From: Desulfuromonadales bacterium
GTDB lineage: Bacteria > Desulfobacterota > Desulfuromonadia > Desulfuromonadales > SZUA-540
DNA length: 11,352 bases
Direction of reading: 5' to 3'
Assembly: GCA_033549025.1 (NCBI GenBank)
Contig: JAWSUS010000040.1
Coordinates: forward strand, 1 to 11,352
Positions 1 through 7,856 of the stretch are shown in pieces (position 1 is the stretch's first letter; each line of letters begins with the position of its first letter). The translations under genes and the position numbers were made by a program. The notes beneath the pieces were generated by a model, which saw only the letters and a program-made list of their open reading frames with translations, was not told the origin of the DNA and did no database searches.

Positions 1-74
1 ATCTAACGCCATACGAAAAGTTGCTGGATCATTTCTATGGCTTAAAAGTGTAAACAACGCGTTCAGATCTAACA
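1..74 (+). mobile_element. Right end of a probable IS481-family insertion sequence (transposase C-terminus plus right terminal inverted repeat), truncated by the window edge
   Basis: Frame +3 (3..53) reads LTPYEKLLDHFYGLKV*, resembling the 'TPxExL' tail after the YN..RPH motif of IS481/rve transposases. It is followed directly by ACAAC-GCGTTCAGATCT-AACA (54-74), ending in ACA-3' as IS481-family ends do (TGT...ACA). The segment is clearly more AT-rich than the operon. The family match is from recalled patterns, not a search. Confidence 0.65.
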
Positions 75-85
75 AGTAAATGTTG

Positions 86-517
86 TTAGCGACCCCAGGT
101 TAGCGATTCAGCAATCCAGCCTTTGAGCCCACTTTCATGCTCAACTTCAAGCCAGTCTTCCTTCTCCCCGATAACGCGCAGGGCCACCCCGGCGTGACCT
201 TTCAGAACGATGGGTTGATCCAGACCCGGACCGTTGCGTATATTGACCTGGTTGCCGCGAATGACGATGGTTTCATTGTCATTCAGGTGCTCTTTGCGTA
301 TCCAGCCGCTGCGCCCTCGATAATCCTTGACCCGGTAAAAGTCATCTTGTTCCTTGACGACCAACAGCGGGTAATAGAGGGGTACTTCCAGTACGACGTA
401 CCTAGGGGAAATGGGTTTGTTGTAGATTGGGGCTTTGTTGACGGCTACGGACAAGGTCTCGGCGCTGGCCGCTCCGAACAGGAGCAACAGCAAGGCCAGG
501 CTCAGCCAATACTTCAA
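86..517 (-). CDS. Secreted protein with two tandem bacterial SH3 (SH3b, SH3_3/SH3_4-like) domains, 143 aa
   Basis: Start moved from 601 to TTG at 517, which has AAGGAGG (525-531) 7 nt upstream. Sec signal peptide MKYWLSLALLLLLFGAASA^ET. Repeat 1 ends 'FYRVKDYRGRSGWIRKEHL'. Repeat 2 is 'VNIRNGPGLDQPIV...LRVIGEKEDWLEVEHESGLKGWIAESL', the typical NxRxGP...W..V....G..GW SH3b pattern. Confidence 0.85.
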   Translation of the reverse strand: MKYWLSLALLLLLFGAASAETLSVAVNKAPIYNKPISPRYVVLEVPLYYPLLVVKEQDDFYRVKDYRGRSGWIRKEHLNDNETIVIRGNQVNIRNGPGLDQPIVLKGHAGVALRVIGEKEDWLEVEHESGLKGWIAESLTWGR

Positions 518-560
518 TAGTCTGCCTCCTTTCGAGTTTCTCAGATTCAAACCCAGGACC

Positions 561-1520
561 TTACCGGCCCTCGCTGGTCCGCATGGCTTGCAGGCGCTCA
601 AGGTTTTTCTGGGCTTGCGGGTAATAGGACGGATTGGCTTCGATGGCTTTTAACAAAGCCTTTTCCGCATCGTTAAACATTCCCTTCTTCATGTACAGAT
701 AGCCCATGTTGTTGTAGGCGGCCGCTTTCCCCAGGGAATGCCGAAAAATCTCCAGTGCCTGACTCTCTTCACCATTCAACGCGTAGGCCATGGCCAGGTT
801 GTTCTGGGTGCGTTTGTTGTCGGGATCGAGGTTTACCGCGGTACGAAGAGAGACGATGGCCTCCTGGTAGCGTCCCTGAAAGAGCCGGTTGACGCCGAGA
901 TTGTTGTGAACCGCGGCCGAGCGGGGTTGGATGGTAACCAGCCGCAGATAAAGGGCCTCCGCTTTGGCTGTATCTCCCGTTCCGTCCCAGGTCATCGCCA
1001 GCAGACTCAGGGCCTGCGGCTGCTCGGGAGCCTGTTCCAGAACCCGCTCCAGATAGCCGGCCGCTTTTCCATAGTAGCCCTGGTAAAGATGGGCTTCTCC
1101 CAAAGACAGCAATGCCCTGGGCGAGTCGGCGTCGAGGGCGAGGATCTTCTCATAGGTCGGCAGGGCGCCAACATAATCGCCCCGCTGCCGCAGAATCTCC
1201 CCTTGTCCGTAGAGCGCCGGCAGGTTATCGGGCTCCTTCATCAGGGCGAGATTGAAATAAAGGCCGGCCAGTTGTGGATTGCCCTGAACCAGGTGTCTAT
1301 TGCCGTCGCGGAGCAGTTCTTCGACGGACATCTTCGCCAGTTTGTGGTCAACCGATTCGTCCAGAGTCGGGGCAGGGTCAGACATCAGTCCTACCTGCGG
1401 TTTTACCGAGGTGGTGCAGGCGGTCGCCGCCAGAAGAAAAACAGCGGCCAATAGCAGTCGCCCGAGGACTAAACTGCGAGAGGACCCCTGAACGGATGAA
1501 TTTGGTTTCGGCACGGGCAT
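561..1520 (-). CDS. tadD: TPR-repeat lipoprotein, Flp pilus assembly protein TadD/CpaO-like (putative pilotin)
   Basis: AAGGAGG RBS at 1525-1531. Hydrophobic stretch ends in a lipobox-like ATA-C35. Many TPR motifs (e.g. AAVHNNLGVNRLFQGRYQEAIVSLRTAVNLDPDN, AAYNNMGYLYMKKGMFNDAEKALLKAIEANPSY). Lies directly downstream of tadC, the canonical tadD position. Confidence 0.85.
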   Translation of the reverse strand: MPVPKPNSSVQGSSRSLVLGRLLLAAVFLLAATACTTSVKPQVGLMSDPAPTLDESVDHKLAKMSVEELLRDGNRHLVQGNPQLAGLYFNLALMKEPDNLPALYGQGEILRQRGDYVGALPTYEKILALDADSPRALLSLGEAHLYQGYYGKAAGYLERVLEQAPEQPQALSLLAMTWDGTGDTAKAEALYLRLVTIQPRSAAVHNNLGVNRLFQGRYQEAIVSLRTAVNLDPDNKRTQNNLAMAYALNGEESQALEIFRHSLGKAAAYNNMGYLYMKKGMFNDAEKALLKAIEANPSYYPQAQKNLERLQAMRTSEGR

Positions 1521-1533
1521 GGAACCTCCTTGG

Positions 1534-2514
1534 TCAGCCCCCCAAAGCGGGGAACAGTACGCGAATGATGCGGATAGCCGCCGGACCCACCAAGACAGCG
1601 ATAAGCGCCGGAAAAATAAACATGATGAGGGGAAAGACCAGTTTGACGGATGATTTAGCCGCCCGTTCCTCGGCCAGTTGTCGCCTTTTTACCCGCATGG
1701 CGTCGGCGTGCACGCGCAAGGCTTTGGCCATGCTGGTACCGAAGCGGCTGGTCTGCACAAGAACCGTCATCAGATTGCCAACTTCGGCTACACCGGTGCG
1801 AAGCGCCATGTTCTTGAAACTTTCATCCCGGGGTTTCCCGGCCCGTATTTCCAGCGTGGTCAGGTGAAACTCGTCGCTCAGGTCTTTGCTGAGGGGGCGA
1901 ATTTCATCGCCAATCCGCTTGAAAGTCATGTCCAGGCCCAGACCGGCCTCGACGCAGACGACCATGAGATCAAGGGCATCCGGCAGCGCCCTGGAAATCT
2001 TCTGTTGCCGGGCCTGGGTATGGTGGAGCATGAAAACGTTGGGCAGGAAGAACCCGCAGAGTGCCAAAATGGCTGAAAATAAAAGGACTTGGGGGGTGAA
2101 GGTGAAGAAAAACAGGGAAAAAAGATAGATTCCCGGGAAAAGAACAGCCAGCAGCACTTTCGCGGCGACATAATTGCGGACGGCCCCTTCCGAGCGGAAT
2201 CCGGCCCGAATGAGTTTGCCGCGCAGTTTTTTGTTCGCGCTCCCATCCTGGGGGGCGGCCACTTCATGCAGGGGCTTGGTGATCTTGACCACGAAGCCTG
2301 ATTCCTGTTTGTCGAGCAGTTTCGGCTTCTTGGCAGTCGTTGTCTCTTTTTCCGGCATGAGATGCCCCATGCGCTTCTGCAGCACGTTCTTGCGTGTCAG
2401 CAAGAAGTAGACGGCCAGGACGATGGCTATGGTCGCCAGGAAGATCAGGGCCAGCACGCCGAAATAGGCGGCGTTGTCATAAGCCTGGTAGATGAGGTTG
2501 AGGATGGTATTCAT
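1534..2514 (-). CDS. tadC: Flp pilus assembly inner-membrane platform protein TadC (T2SSF domain)
   Basis: Motifs 'ALPDALDLMVVCVEAGLGLD', 'LVQTSRFGTSMAKALRVHADAMRVKRRQLAEERAAKSSVKLVFPLIMFIFPAL' and several TM segments. Follows tadB. Confidence 0.95.
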   Translation of the reverse strand: MNTILNLIYQAYDNAAYFGVLALIFLATIAIVLAVYFLLTRKNVLQKRMGHLMPEKETTTAKKPKLLDKQESGFVVKITKPLHEVAAPQDGSANKKLRGKLIRAGFRSEGAVRNYVAAKVLLAVLFPGIYLFSLFFFTFTPQVLLFSAILALCGFFLPNVFMLHHTQARQQKISRALPDALDLMVVCVEAGLGLDMTFKRIGDEIRPLSKDLSDEFHLTTLEIRAGKPRDESFKNMALRTGVAEVGNLMTVLVQTSRFGTSMAKALRVHADAMRVKRRQLAEERAAKSSVKLVFPLIMFIFPALIAVLVGPAAIRIIRVLFPALGG

Positions 2515-2523
2515 AAAAGCCCC

Positions 2524-3501
2524 CTAGATTTCGATCGAGACGATTTTCCGAATGAATATCGCTCCGGCCAGCTGCAATAAAATACCGCCAGCAATCATCA
2601 CGTGCCCGAGTTCGTCCATCCACAGCAGGGAAATGTAATCGTTTCTAAAGGTATACATATACAGGAACATCACGATCGGCAGGGCGATAAGGACGCCGGC
2701 CGAGTAGCGCCCTTCGGCGGTCAGGGCTTTGACCTGCCGACTGAACTGGACCCGTTGCCGAATGAGCTGGCTGATGTTGTCTAGAATCTCGGCGATGTTT
2801 CCGCCCGTTTCCTTTTGCAGCAGCAGGGCGATGGCGAAAAACCGCAGGTCCCGTACAGGCACCCGTTCGCACAGGTTGTCGAAAGTCTCTTTCAGGGTGA
2901 GTCCGAGTTTGATTTCATCAACCACGGCGGAAAATTCCAGGCGGATCGGATCCGGCATCTCTTCAGCCAGGGTTTCCAGGCCGGCGGTCAGGGCATTTCC
3001 AGAGCGCAGGGAACGGGCCAGCAGGTCCAGAGCCTCGGGCAACTGTTCCTGGAACTTGTCGTAATAATTCTTTTCCGCGAGACGCAGAAACAGGTAGGGG
3101 GCCAGCAGCAGTGCCGCCGCCAGCAGGATTGCAGCCGCCGGTTGGGCCAGAAACATCCAGCCGCCCAGCAGGCCGATGCAGCCGAGGGACAGGCTGGCCA
3201 CGATGAACATGGTGGCGTTCAGGGGCGCTCCCGCCTTGACAAGCATGCTATCAAGACGGGAAAAGCGAGGCAGGTTGTAGATGAAACGCTCGAACGGACC
3301 AACATCCTTAAGAATTTTGTTCCGGTACGATTTCAGCTTTTCCTGCCCGTGTTTCCCCCCGGCGGAAATATAGAGAAGACGTTTTTTGATCCGCCTCTTT
3401 TCGGCAAATCGTCCTTCCGTCACCAAGAGGCAGAGAAAAGCCACTGCCGAGGCGGTGAACAGGAAGATGACGCCAAGTAGCAACAGGGTCATCTTGTCCA
3501 T
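2524..3501 (-). CDS. tadB: Flp pilus assembly inner-membrane platform protein TadB (T2SSF domain)
   Basis: GGAGG RBS at 3507-3511. Motifs 'FQEQLPEALDLLARSLRSGNAL', 'LQKETGGNIAEILDNIS', 'VKALTAEGRYSAGVLIALP'. Follows tadA. Confidence 0.95.
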   Translation of the reverse strand: MDKMTLLLLGVIFLFTASAVAFLCLLVTEGRFAEKRRIKKRLLYISAGGKHGQEKLKSYRNKILKDVGPFERFIYNLPRFSRLDSMLVKAGAPLNATMFIVASLSLGCIGLLGGWMFLAQPAAAILLAAALLLAPYLFLRLAEKNYYDKFQEQLPEALDLLARSLRSGNALTAGLETLAEEMPDPIRLEFSAVVDEIKLGLTLKETFDNLCERVPVRDLRFFAIALLLQKETGGNIAEILDNISQLIRQRVQFSRQVKALTAEGRYSAGVLIALPIVMFLYMYTFRNDYISLLWMDELGHVMIAGGILLQLAGAIFIRKIVSIEI

Positions 3502-3513
3502 AAAGGCCTCCGT

Positions 3514-4863
3514 TTATTCATAAAGTCTGTCCGCCGAAAAAAGCTCCTCAGGGACATCGATTCCGGCCATTTCCAGTTTCTCGCAAAACTTGGGGCGAAT
3601 GCCCGTCGCTCTGAAGCCGCCAATAACCCGGCCATTTTTGTCAATGCCATGTTTTTCAAACACGAAGATATCCTGCAGGGTGATGATGTCGCCTTCCATG
3701 CCGACCACCTCGGAAACCGAGGTGATTTTGCGGGTGCCGTCGGTTTGCCGGGAAGCCTGGATAATCAGGTCGAGAGCCGACGAGACCATAAAGCGCATGG
3801 CGTTTTCCGGCAGGCGGACGCCGGTCATGAGAATCATGGATTCCAGGCGGGTGAGAGAGTCGCGGGGGCTGTTGGCGTGAATGGTAGTCAGCGAGCCCTC
3901 GTGGCCCGTGTTCATGGCCTGCAGCATGTCGAAGCTTTCAGGCCCACGCACCTCACCGATGATAATGCGGTCGGGGCGCATCCGTAGGCTGTTGCGCACC
4001 AGATCCCGCTGGGTGACCAGCCCTGTCCCTTCGATGCTCTCCGGCCGGGTCTCCAGCCGGACGACATGGGGCTGCTGCAGTTGCAGTTCCGCCGAATCCT
4101 CGATGGTGACGATGCGTTCGTTCATCGGAATATAGCCGGACAGGATATTGAGCAGGGTCGTCTTGCCTGCCCCGGTACCACCCGAGATCATGATGTTGAG
4201 CTTGGCCTTGACGCAACCGCCCAGAAAGGTGCCGATCTGGGGGGTCAGGGCTTTGTAGCGGATGAGGTCGTCTATTTTTAAGGGACTGACCGCAAAACGG
4301 CGAATCGACAGAATGGGGCCGTCAATGGCCAAGGGAGGGATAATCGCGTTGACGCGCGAACCGTCGGGGAGGCGGGCGTCGACCATGGGCGAAGATTCGT
4401 CGATGCGCCGGCCCACCCGGGAAATGATGCGGTCAATGATGTTCATAAGGTGGGCATTGTCGATAAAGCGGGCCGAGGTTTTTTCCAGCAGACCAAAACG
4501 CTCCACGTAGATGTCCTTGTAGGTGTTGCAGAGGACATCGGAAATGGTGGGATCTTTGAAAAAAGGCTCAATCGGGCCAAGACCGGTGAGTTCATCGAGA
4601 ATCTCATTGATGAGCGACTGTTTTTCTTCCTCGTTGAGTAGGGCCTTCTCTTCTTTAAGGAAGTATTGGACGATTTCCGACACCTCATCCCTGACCTCGG
4701 CCGGGTCGAGAGTGTCCAGGGCGGAGAGATTGGCCTCTTCCACCAGGCGGCTGTGGATTTTCTGCTTCATCTGGTAGAAGGAATTATCCCGTGCTCCCGC
4801 CTGTAGTTCGGCCGGGGAGGGTTGGGGGTCAGCATTTCTTCCGAATAGACTGCTCAGGGCCAT
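3514..4863 (-). CDS. cpaF: Flp pilus assembly ATPase CpaF/TadA (VirB11/GspE family)
   Basis: Walker [10 protein letters not shown], Asp box TIEDSAEL, Walker B region [15 protein letters not shown], His box [16 protein letters not shown], and '[27 protein letters not shown]'. RBS AGGAGG at 4869-4874 overlaps the cpaE stop. Confidence 0.98.
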   Translation of the reverse strand: MALSSLFGRNADPQPSPAELQAGARDNSFYQMKQKIHSRLVEEANLSALDTLDPAEVRDEVSEIVQYFLKEEKALLNEEEKQSLINEILDELTGLGPIEPFFKDPTISDVLCNTYKDIYVERFGLLEKTSARFIDNAHLMNIIDRIISRVGRRIDESSPMVDARLPDGSRVNAIIPPLAIDGPILSIRRFAVSPLKIDDLIRYKALTPQIGTFLGGCVKAKLNIMISGGTGAGKTTLLNILSGYIPMNERIVTIEDSAELQLQQPHVVRLETRPESIEGTGLVTQRDLVRNSLRMRPDRIIIGEVRGPESFDMLQAMNTGHEGSLTTIHANSPRDSLTRLESMILMTGVRLPENAMRFMVSSALDLIIQASRQTDGTRKITSVSEVVGMEGDIITLQDIFVFEKHGIDKNGRVIGGFRATGIRPKFCEKLEMAGIDVPEELFSADRLYE

Positions 4864-4872
4864 AGGTCCCTC

Positions 4873-6051
4873 CTAAATGGCTTTTCCGAAAGCGCCCCGG
4901 ATGCCACGGTAGTTTTCAGAACTTTGCGGGTTGTTGAGCTTTTGGGCGAATTCCAGGATATTGCGTGAAAAAGGGGATGAGGGGCGAAGTTTAACCAGGG
5001 GGATGCCCCGGTTGATGGACGAGATGATTTCGTCAAAATCATTGGGAAAGAGCCAGAAAATCTTCTTGTGAAGGGTCTTTTCGACCTCATCCAGAGAGAT
5101 GGCGCTGCCTTTGATATAGCGGTTGACCACGATTTCGACCTTTTGGGCCGGAATCCCCAATTTCTGGATCAACTGGCAAAGTCGGGCGGCATTGCGCACG
5201 GCGGGTACGGAAAGGTCAGTGACCACAAAAACTTTTTCGGATTCGCGAAAGGCCTCGCAGGTGCAAGGACCCACGGACATGGAAGTGCAGTCGACAACCA
5301 GCTGATCATAGATTTTTTTGCCCAGATTCAGAATTTTAGCCACATGCTCCGGCAAGATCTCGGCGCTCTCTTCGGGATTGGGTGGCGCCGCCAGAAAGTC
5401 CAGGCCGACGGAGGTGGGGGTCATGACGCCACGCAGAAAGGCCGTGTCGAGGCGGTGATAGTTGCGGCAGATGTCCATGATGGTGGTGCGCGGTAGAATA
5501 TCAAGAAGGACCGAGGAGTCTCCCGCCTGAAAACTCATGTCGCACAAACCTACCGAGGTGTCTTTGTCACGGGCCATCGCCGTGGCCAGGTTGGCCGCCA
5601 CCACCGTCGCCCCCAACCCCCCCTTGCTGCTGATAAAGCTGTAGGCGAATCCTTTTGTGTCCTTATTTTGGATTGCGAGTTTGCTGTTCAGAGCGTTTAC
5701 GGCGGCCTTAAGGGCTTCTTCGTCCAAAGGCGTGACGAAATATTCGGCAGCCCCGGCTTTCATGATTTCCACGATGTGCTGGGGACGCTTTTCCTCGGAA
5801 AGGACAAAGACGGCCGTCTGTGGGAAATGCAGAAAAATCACCCTAAGCCGATCGAAGAGATTGTCCGCCTGCGGATGCTCGTCGATGATCAGAATGTCCG
5901 GAATGATTTTGGGTTCTGTGTGATTCTTCTCTGCCAGACCAGCAATCCATTGCACGCCGTGAATGTCGGGCAGAGAATCGATAATGTTGGTCACCTGCTG
6001 GGCCAGGCGAGAGTCGGCTATTTCGATTGCCGTGATAAGTTCTCTAGGCAT
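4873..6051 (-). CDS. cpaE: Pilus assembly/localisation protein CpaE/TadZ (N-terminal receiver-like domain plus MinD/ParA-like domain)
   Basis: Receiver-like elements (PDILIIDE, AVFVLS, MKAGAAEYFVTP). Deviant Walker A SSKGGLGAT, then 'YDQLVVDC', 'VFVVTDLSVPAVRNA', 'IVVNRY', 'SINRGIP'. Immediately upstream of cpaF. Confidence 0.92.
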   Translation of the reverse strand: MPRELITAIEIADSRLAQQVTNIIDSLPDIHGVQWIAGLAEKNHTEPKIIPDILIIDEHPQADNLFDRLRVIFLHFPQTAVFVLSEEKRPQHIVEIMKAGAAEYFVTPLDEEALKAAVNALNSKLAIQNKDTKGFAYSFISSKGGLGATVVAANLATAMARDKDTSVGLCDMSFQAGDSSVLLDILPRTTIMDICRNYHRLDTAFLRGVMTPTSVGLDFLAAPPNPEESAEILPEHVAKILNLGKKIYDQLVVDCTSMSVGPCTCEAFRESEKVFVVTDLSVPAVRNAARLCQLIQKLGIPAQKVEIVVNRYIKGSAISLDEVEKTLHKKIFWLFPNDFDEIISSINRGIPLVKLRPSSPFSRNILEFAQKLNNPQSSENYRGIRGAFGKAI

Positions 6052-6107
6052 GAGACTGGCCTTTCCGAAGGGTAGTATGCTGGAATATCAGTCAGTTGTA
6101 GTCATAA

Positions 6108-7340
6108 CTAATCGACTAGCCCGGGAATGCTCCCCTTCTTTCCATAGTTGCCGCCACCACCACGGGTCGGCTCCGAGTCGACATAATCGCATTCGATGCG
6201 GGCGGCCACGGTTTTGTTCGACGGTGCCCCAACGTCGTAAACCACCACTTGGGCAAAACCGGCAACCCTGATGGATCCGTTGGGGGTGCAGTCATCCGAA
6301 TCATAGACGGTGACCGTGGTCGGCCATTCGTGGGAATATCTCAGCTCTCCCGTGCAACCACTGCCTCCCTGACAGGGTGGGTACTGCAATTGGGTTGTTC
6401 CGTCTGTGTCATAGAGTGGCTCACCATGTTCTCCAGCCGCCACCGGCTGGGGGATAGCTTGCGGATTGTTCGGGTCGTACTGGAAGGTGACATCATGGCC
6501 TTTGACCTGAAAAGCGGTCATAAGTGCCTCAAAGGTGTTAGCGCTGAGATCACCGTTGATGTATTCGAAAATGCTGTCGGCAGTCGTTTCATTGTTGGTG
6601 ATGATGCCATCCAGAATGTCTCTGACCTTGTTGTCGTTGGCTGGATCATCATCAAAGGTATTCCAACCGGCACAGGCGTCCGGGTCGGTCGAGGGAGAAA
6701 ACTTGATGGTTTTGCCGCAATAATCATCTCCATCGCCTGCATGCTCATCGAACCAGCTTTTGGAAATTCCGATGGGCAGTTCCAGTTCACCGGGTTCCGC
6801 TGTGCTTTGCCCCGACAAAGCGGCGGTGGCTTCGGCCACGATACTCATGGAGTCGATGCCGAAGACGCTGGCGAAAAAGGTCCCGATAGGGCTGTTGGCC
6901 GTGTCGTCACGGCGGGCGATCACTTTGACGGCATCAGGTTGCAGGGAGGCTTCGGTGAAGGTGCGGGTGGAAAAATCCCAGAGGCCGATGTGGATGTCGC
7001 CGCTTGGGATGCTGATGCCGAGCTTGGCGCCAGCCTGGTTTTTATCGGCGGTTTGCTGAATAACGCCGACGATCTGGTCCCGACCCCCGGTAGCAACCAC
7101 GTCGTAGTTCTGCTGATCCTGATAGGAATCGGGATAGAGGACCCCCAACTGTCTGGCACCGGCCAGGGCCGCAGCGTCGGCGATATTCTGCAGTTCGTTT
7201 CGCACCACGTGGCGATAACTCAGGTCGACGGCCAAGGCGGTCATCCCCGCCAGCATCACCAGGGAAACCGCCACCAGAATGATGACGGCTCCCCCCTCGT
7301 TCCTGAGCGTGTTAAATAATTTTTTCCTGGTGTCTGTCAT
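6108..7340 (-). CDS. tadG: TadG-like large pseudopilin / putative pilus-associated adhesin, 410 aa
   Basis: Start moved from 7415 (which overlaps tadE) to ATG 7340. Prepilin-like N-terminus 'RNEGG^AVIILVAVSLVMLAGMTALAVDLS...ELQNIADAAALAGA' (Tad N-terminal domain). Then 'IHIGLWDFSTRTF...DAVKVIARR...TFFASVFGIDSMSIVAEATA' (Tad_C-like), followed by an acidic C-terminal domain. Confidence 0.85.
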   Translation of the reverse strand: MTDTRKKLFNTLRNEGGAVIILVAVSLVMLAGMTALAVDLSYRHVVRNELQNIADAAALAGARQLGVLYPDSYQDQQNYDVVATGGRDQIVGVIQQTADKNQAGAKLGISIPSGDIHIGLWDFSTRTFTEASLQPDAVKVIARRDDTANSPIGTFFASVFGIDSMSIVAEATAALSGQSTAEPGELELPIGISKSWFDEHAGDGDDYCGKTIKFSPSTDPDACAGWNTFDDDPANDNKVRDILDGIITNNETTADSIFEYINGDLSANTFEALMTAFQVKGHDVTFQYDPNNPQAIPQPVAAGEHGEPLYDTDGTTQLQYPPCQGGSGCTGELRYSHEWPTTVTVYDSDDCTPNGSIRVAGFAQVVVYDVGAPSNKTVAARIECDYVDSEPTRGGGGNYGKKGSIPGLVD

Positions 7341-7350
7341 CCCTAGCACC

Positions 7351-7812
7351 CTATTCCACGCGCATGGTCGTCGACGCTTCGATGGTCCGGTCCGAGTCAA
7401 TGATGCTGGTGACAAAGGCCGGTATTATCAAAAACTTGAAGGGGTAGCGAACGGTCACGGTCAGATCGTCGCCGAAGGTGAGAGCCCCCAGATTGGCTGA
7501 AGTTAAAATCTGGGGATCAGACTGGGTGCCGGCGAAGGTGATGAGCATCAGCCCCGTGTTGCTCGGATAGTCGTTGTAGAGGTAGCGCTGGGCCGCCGCT
7601 TCGATCTGGGCCAGCCGTTCTTCACCGCTCAAACCCGCCACGATGCCTGCTCGGGCCGCTTCGCGACTGGCATTGGTCAGCATAGCCTTATCGTAAATGA
7701 GGACGCCAAAGTCGATAATCCCGAAGAGAAGCATCAGAAGAAGGGGAACCACGATAGCAAATTCGACCACCGCCGCGCCGCGTTCTTCTTTTAATTTATT
7801 CAGGATACTCAT
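7351..7812 (-). CDS. tadE: TadE-like minor pilin (pseudopilin)
   Basis: 'ERG^AAVVEFAIVVPLLLMLLFGIIDFG...LTNASREAAR': a G|xxxxEF prepilin cleavage motif with Glu+5/Phe+6 and the TadE signature. C-terminal 'LTVTVRYPF...ASTTMRVE'. Confidence 0.93.
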   Translation of the reverse strand: MSILNKLKEERGAAVVEFAIVVPLLLMLLFGIIDFGVLIYDKAMLTNASREAARAGIVAGLSGEERLAQIEAAAQRYLYNDYPSNTGLMLITFAGTQSDPQILTSANLGALTFGDDLTVTVRYPFKFLIIPAFVTSIIDSDRTIEASTTMRVE

Positions 7813-7856
7813 GCCCTTATTACCCTCGTTTGCGGTTGGCGTTTATTCCCATTGCC

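Noticed and set aside
518..601. ORF-track N-terminal extension of the SH3 gene (MSACKPCG...), including an apparent CxxC
   Set aside because: Overlaps the tadD 3' end. The strong SD before TTG 517 gives a clean signal peptide, so the CxxC is probably not translated.
738..3480. Plus-strand ORFs of 238, 197, 132 and 221 aa opposite tadD/tadC/tadB
   Set aside because: Antisense to motif-rich Tad genes, with no family features.
5610..5623. G7 and G5 tracts on the cpaE coding strand as a phase-variation site
   Set aside because: The tracts are short, explained by the Lys-Gly-Gly-Leu-Gly P-loop codons, and the frame is intact.
6054..6093. Weak hairpins over the cpaE RBS (CCTT/AAGG; GACTG/CAGTC)
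   Set aside because: Too short to support a regulatory claim without conservation data.
6108..6810. TadG cysteines as c-type haem or nanowire motifs
   Set aside because: No CxxCH motif. The spacing fits disulfides in an exported protein better.
6249..7319. 356-aa plus-strand ORF antisense to tadG
   Set aside because: Lies entirely opposite a well-supported gene and has no recognisable motifs. Long antisense shadows are expected in GC-rich coding DNA.
7341..7415. ORF-track N-terminal extension of tadG
   Set aside because: Overlaps tadE. ATG 7340 gives a normal short basic prepilin leader.
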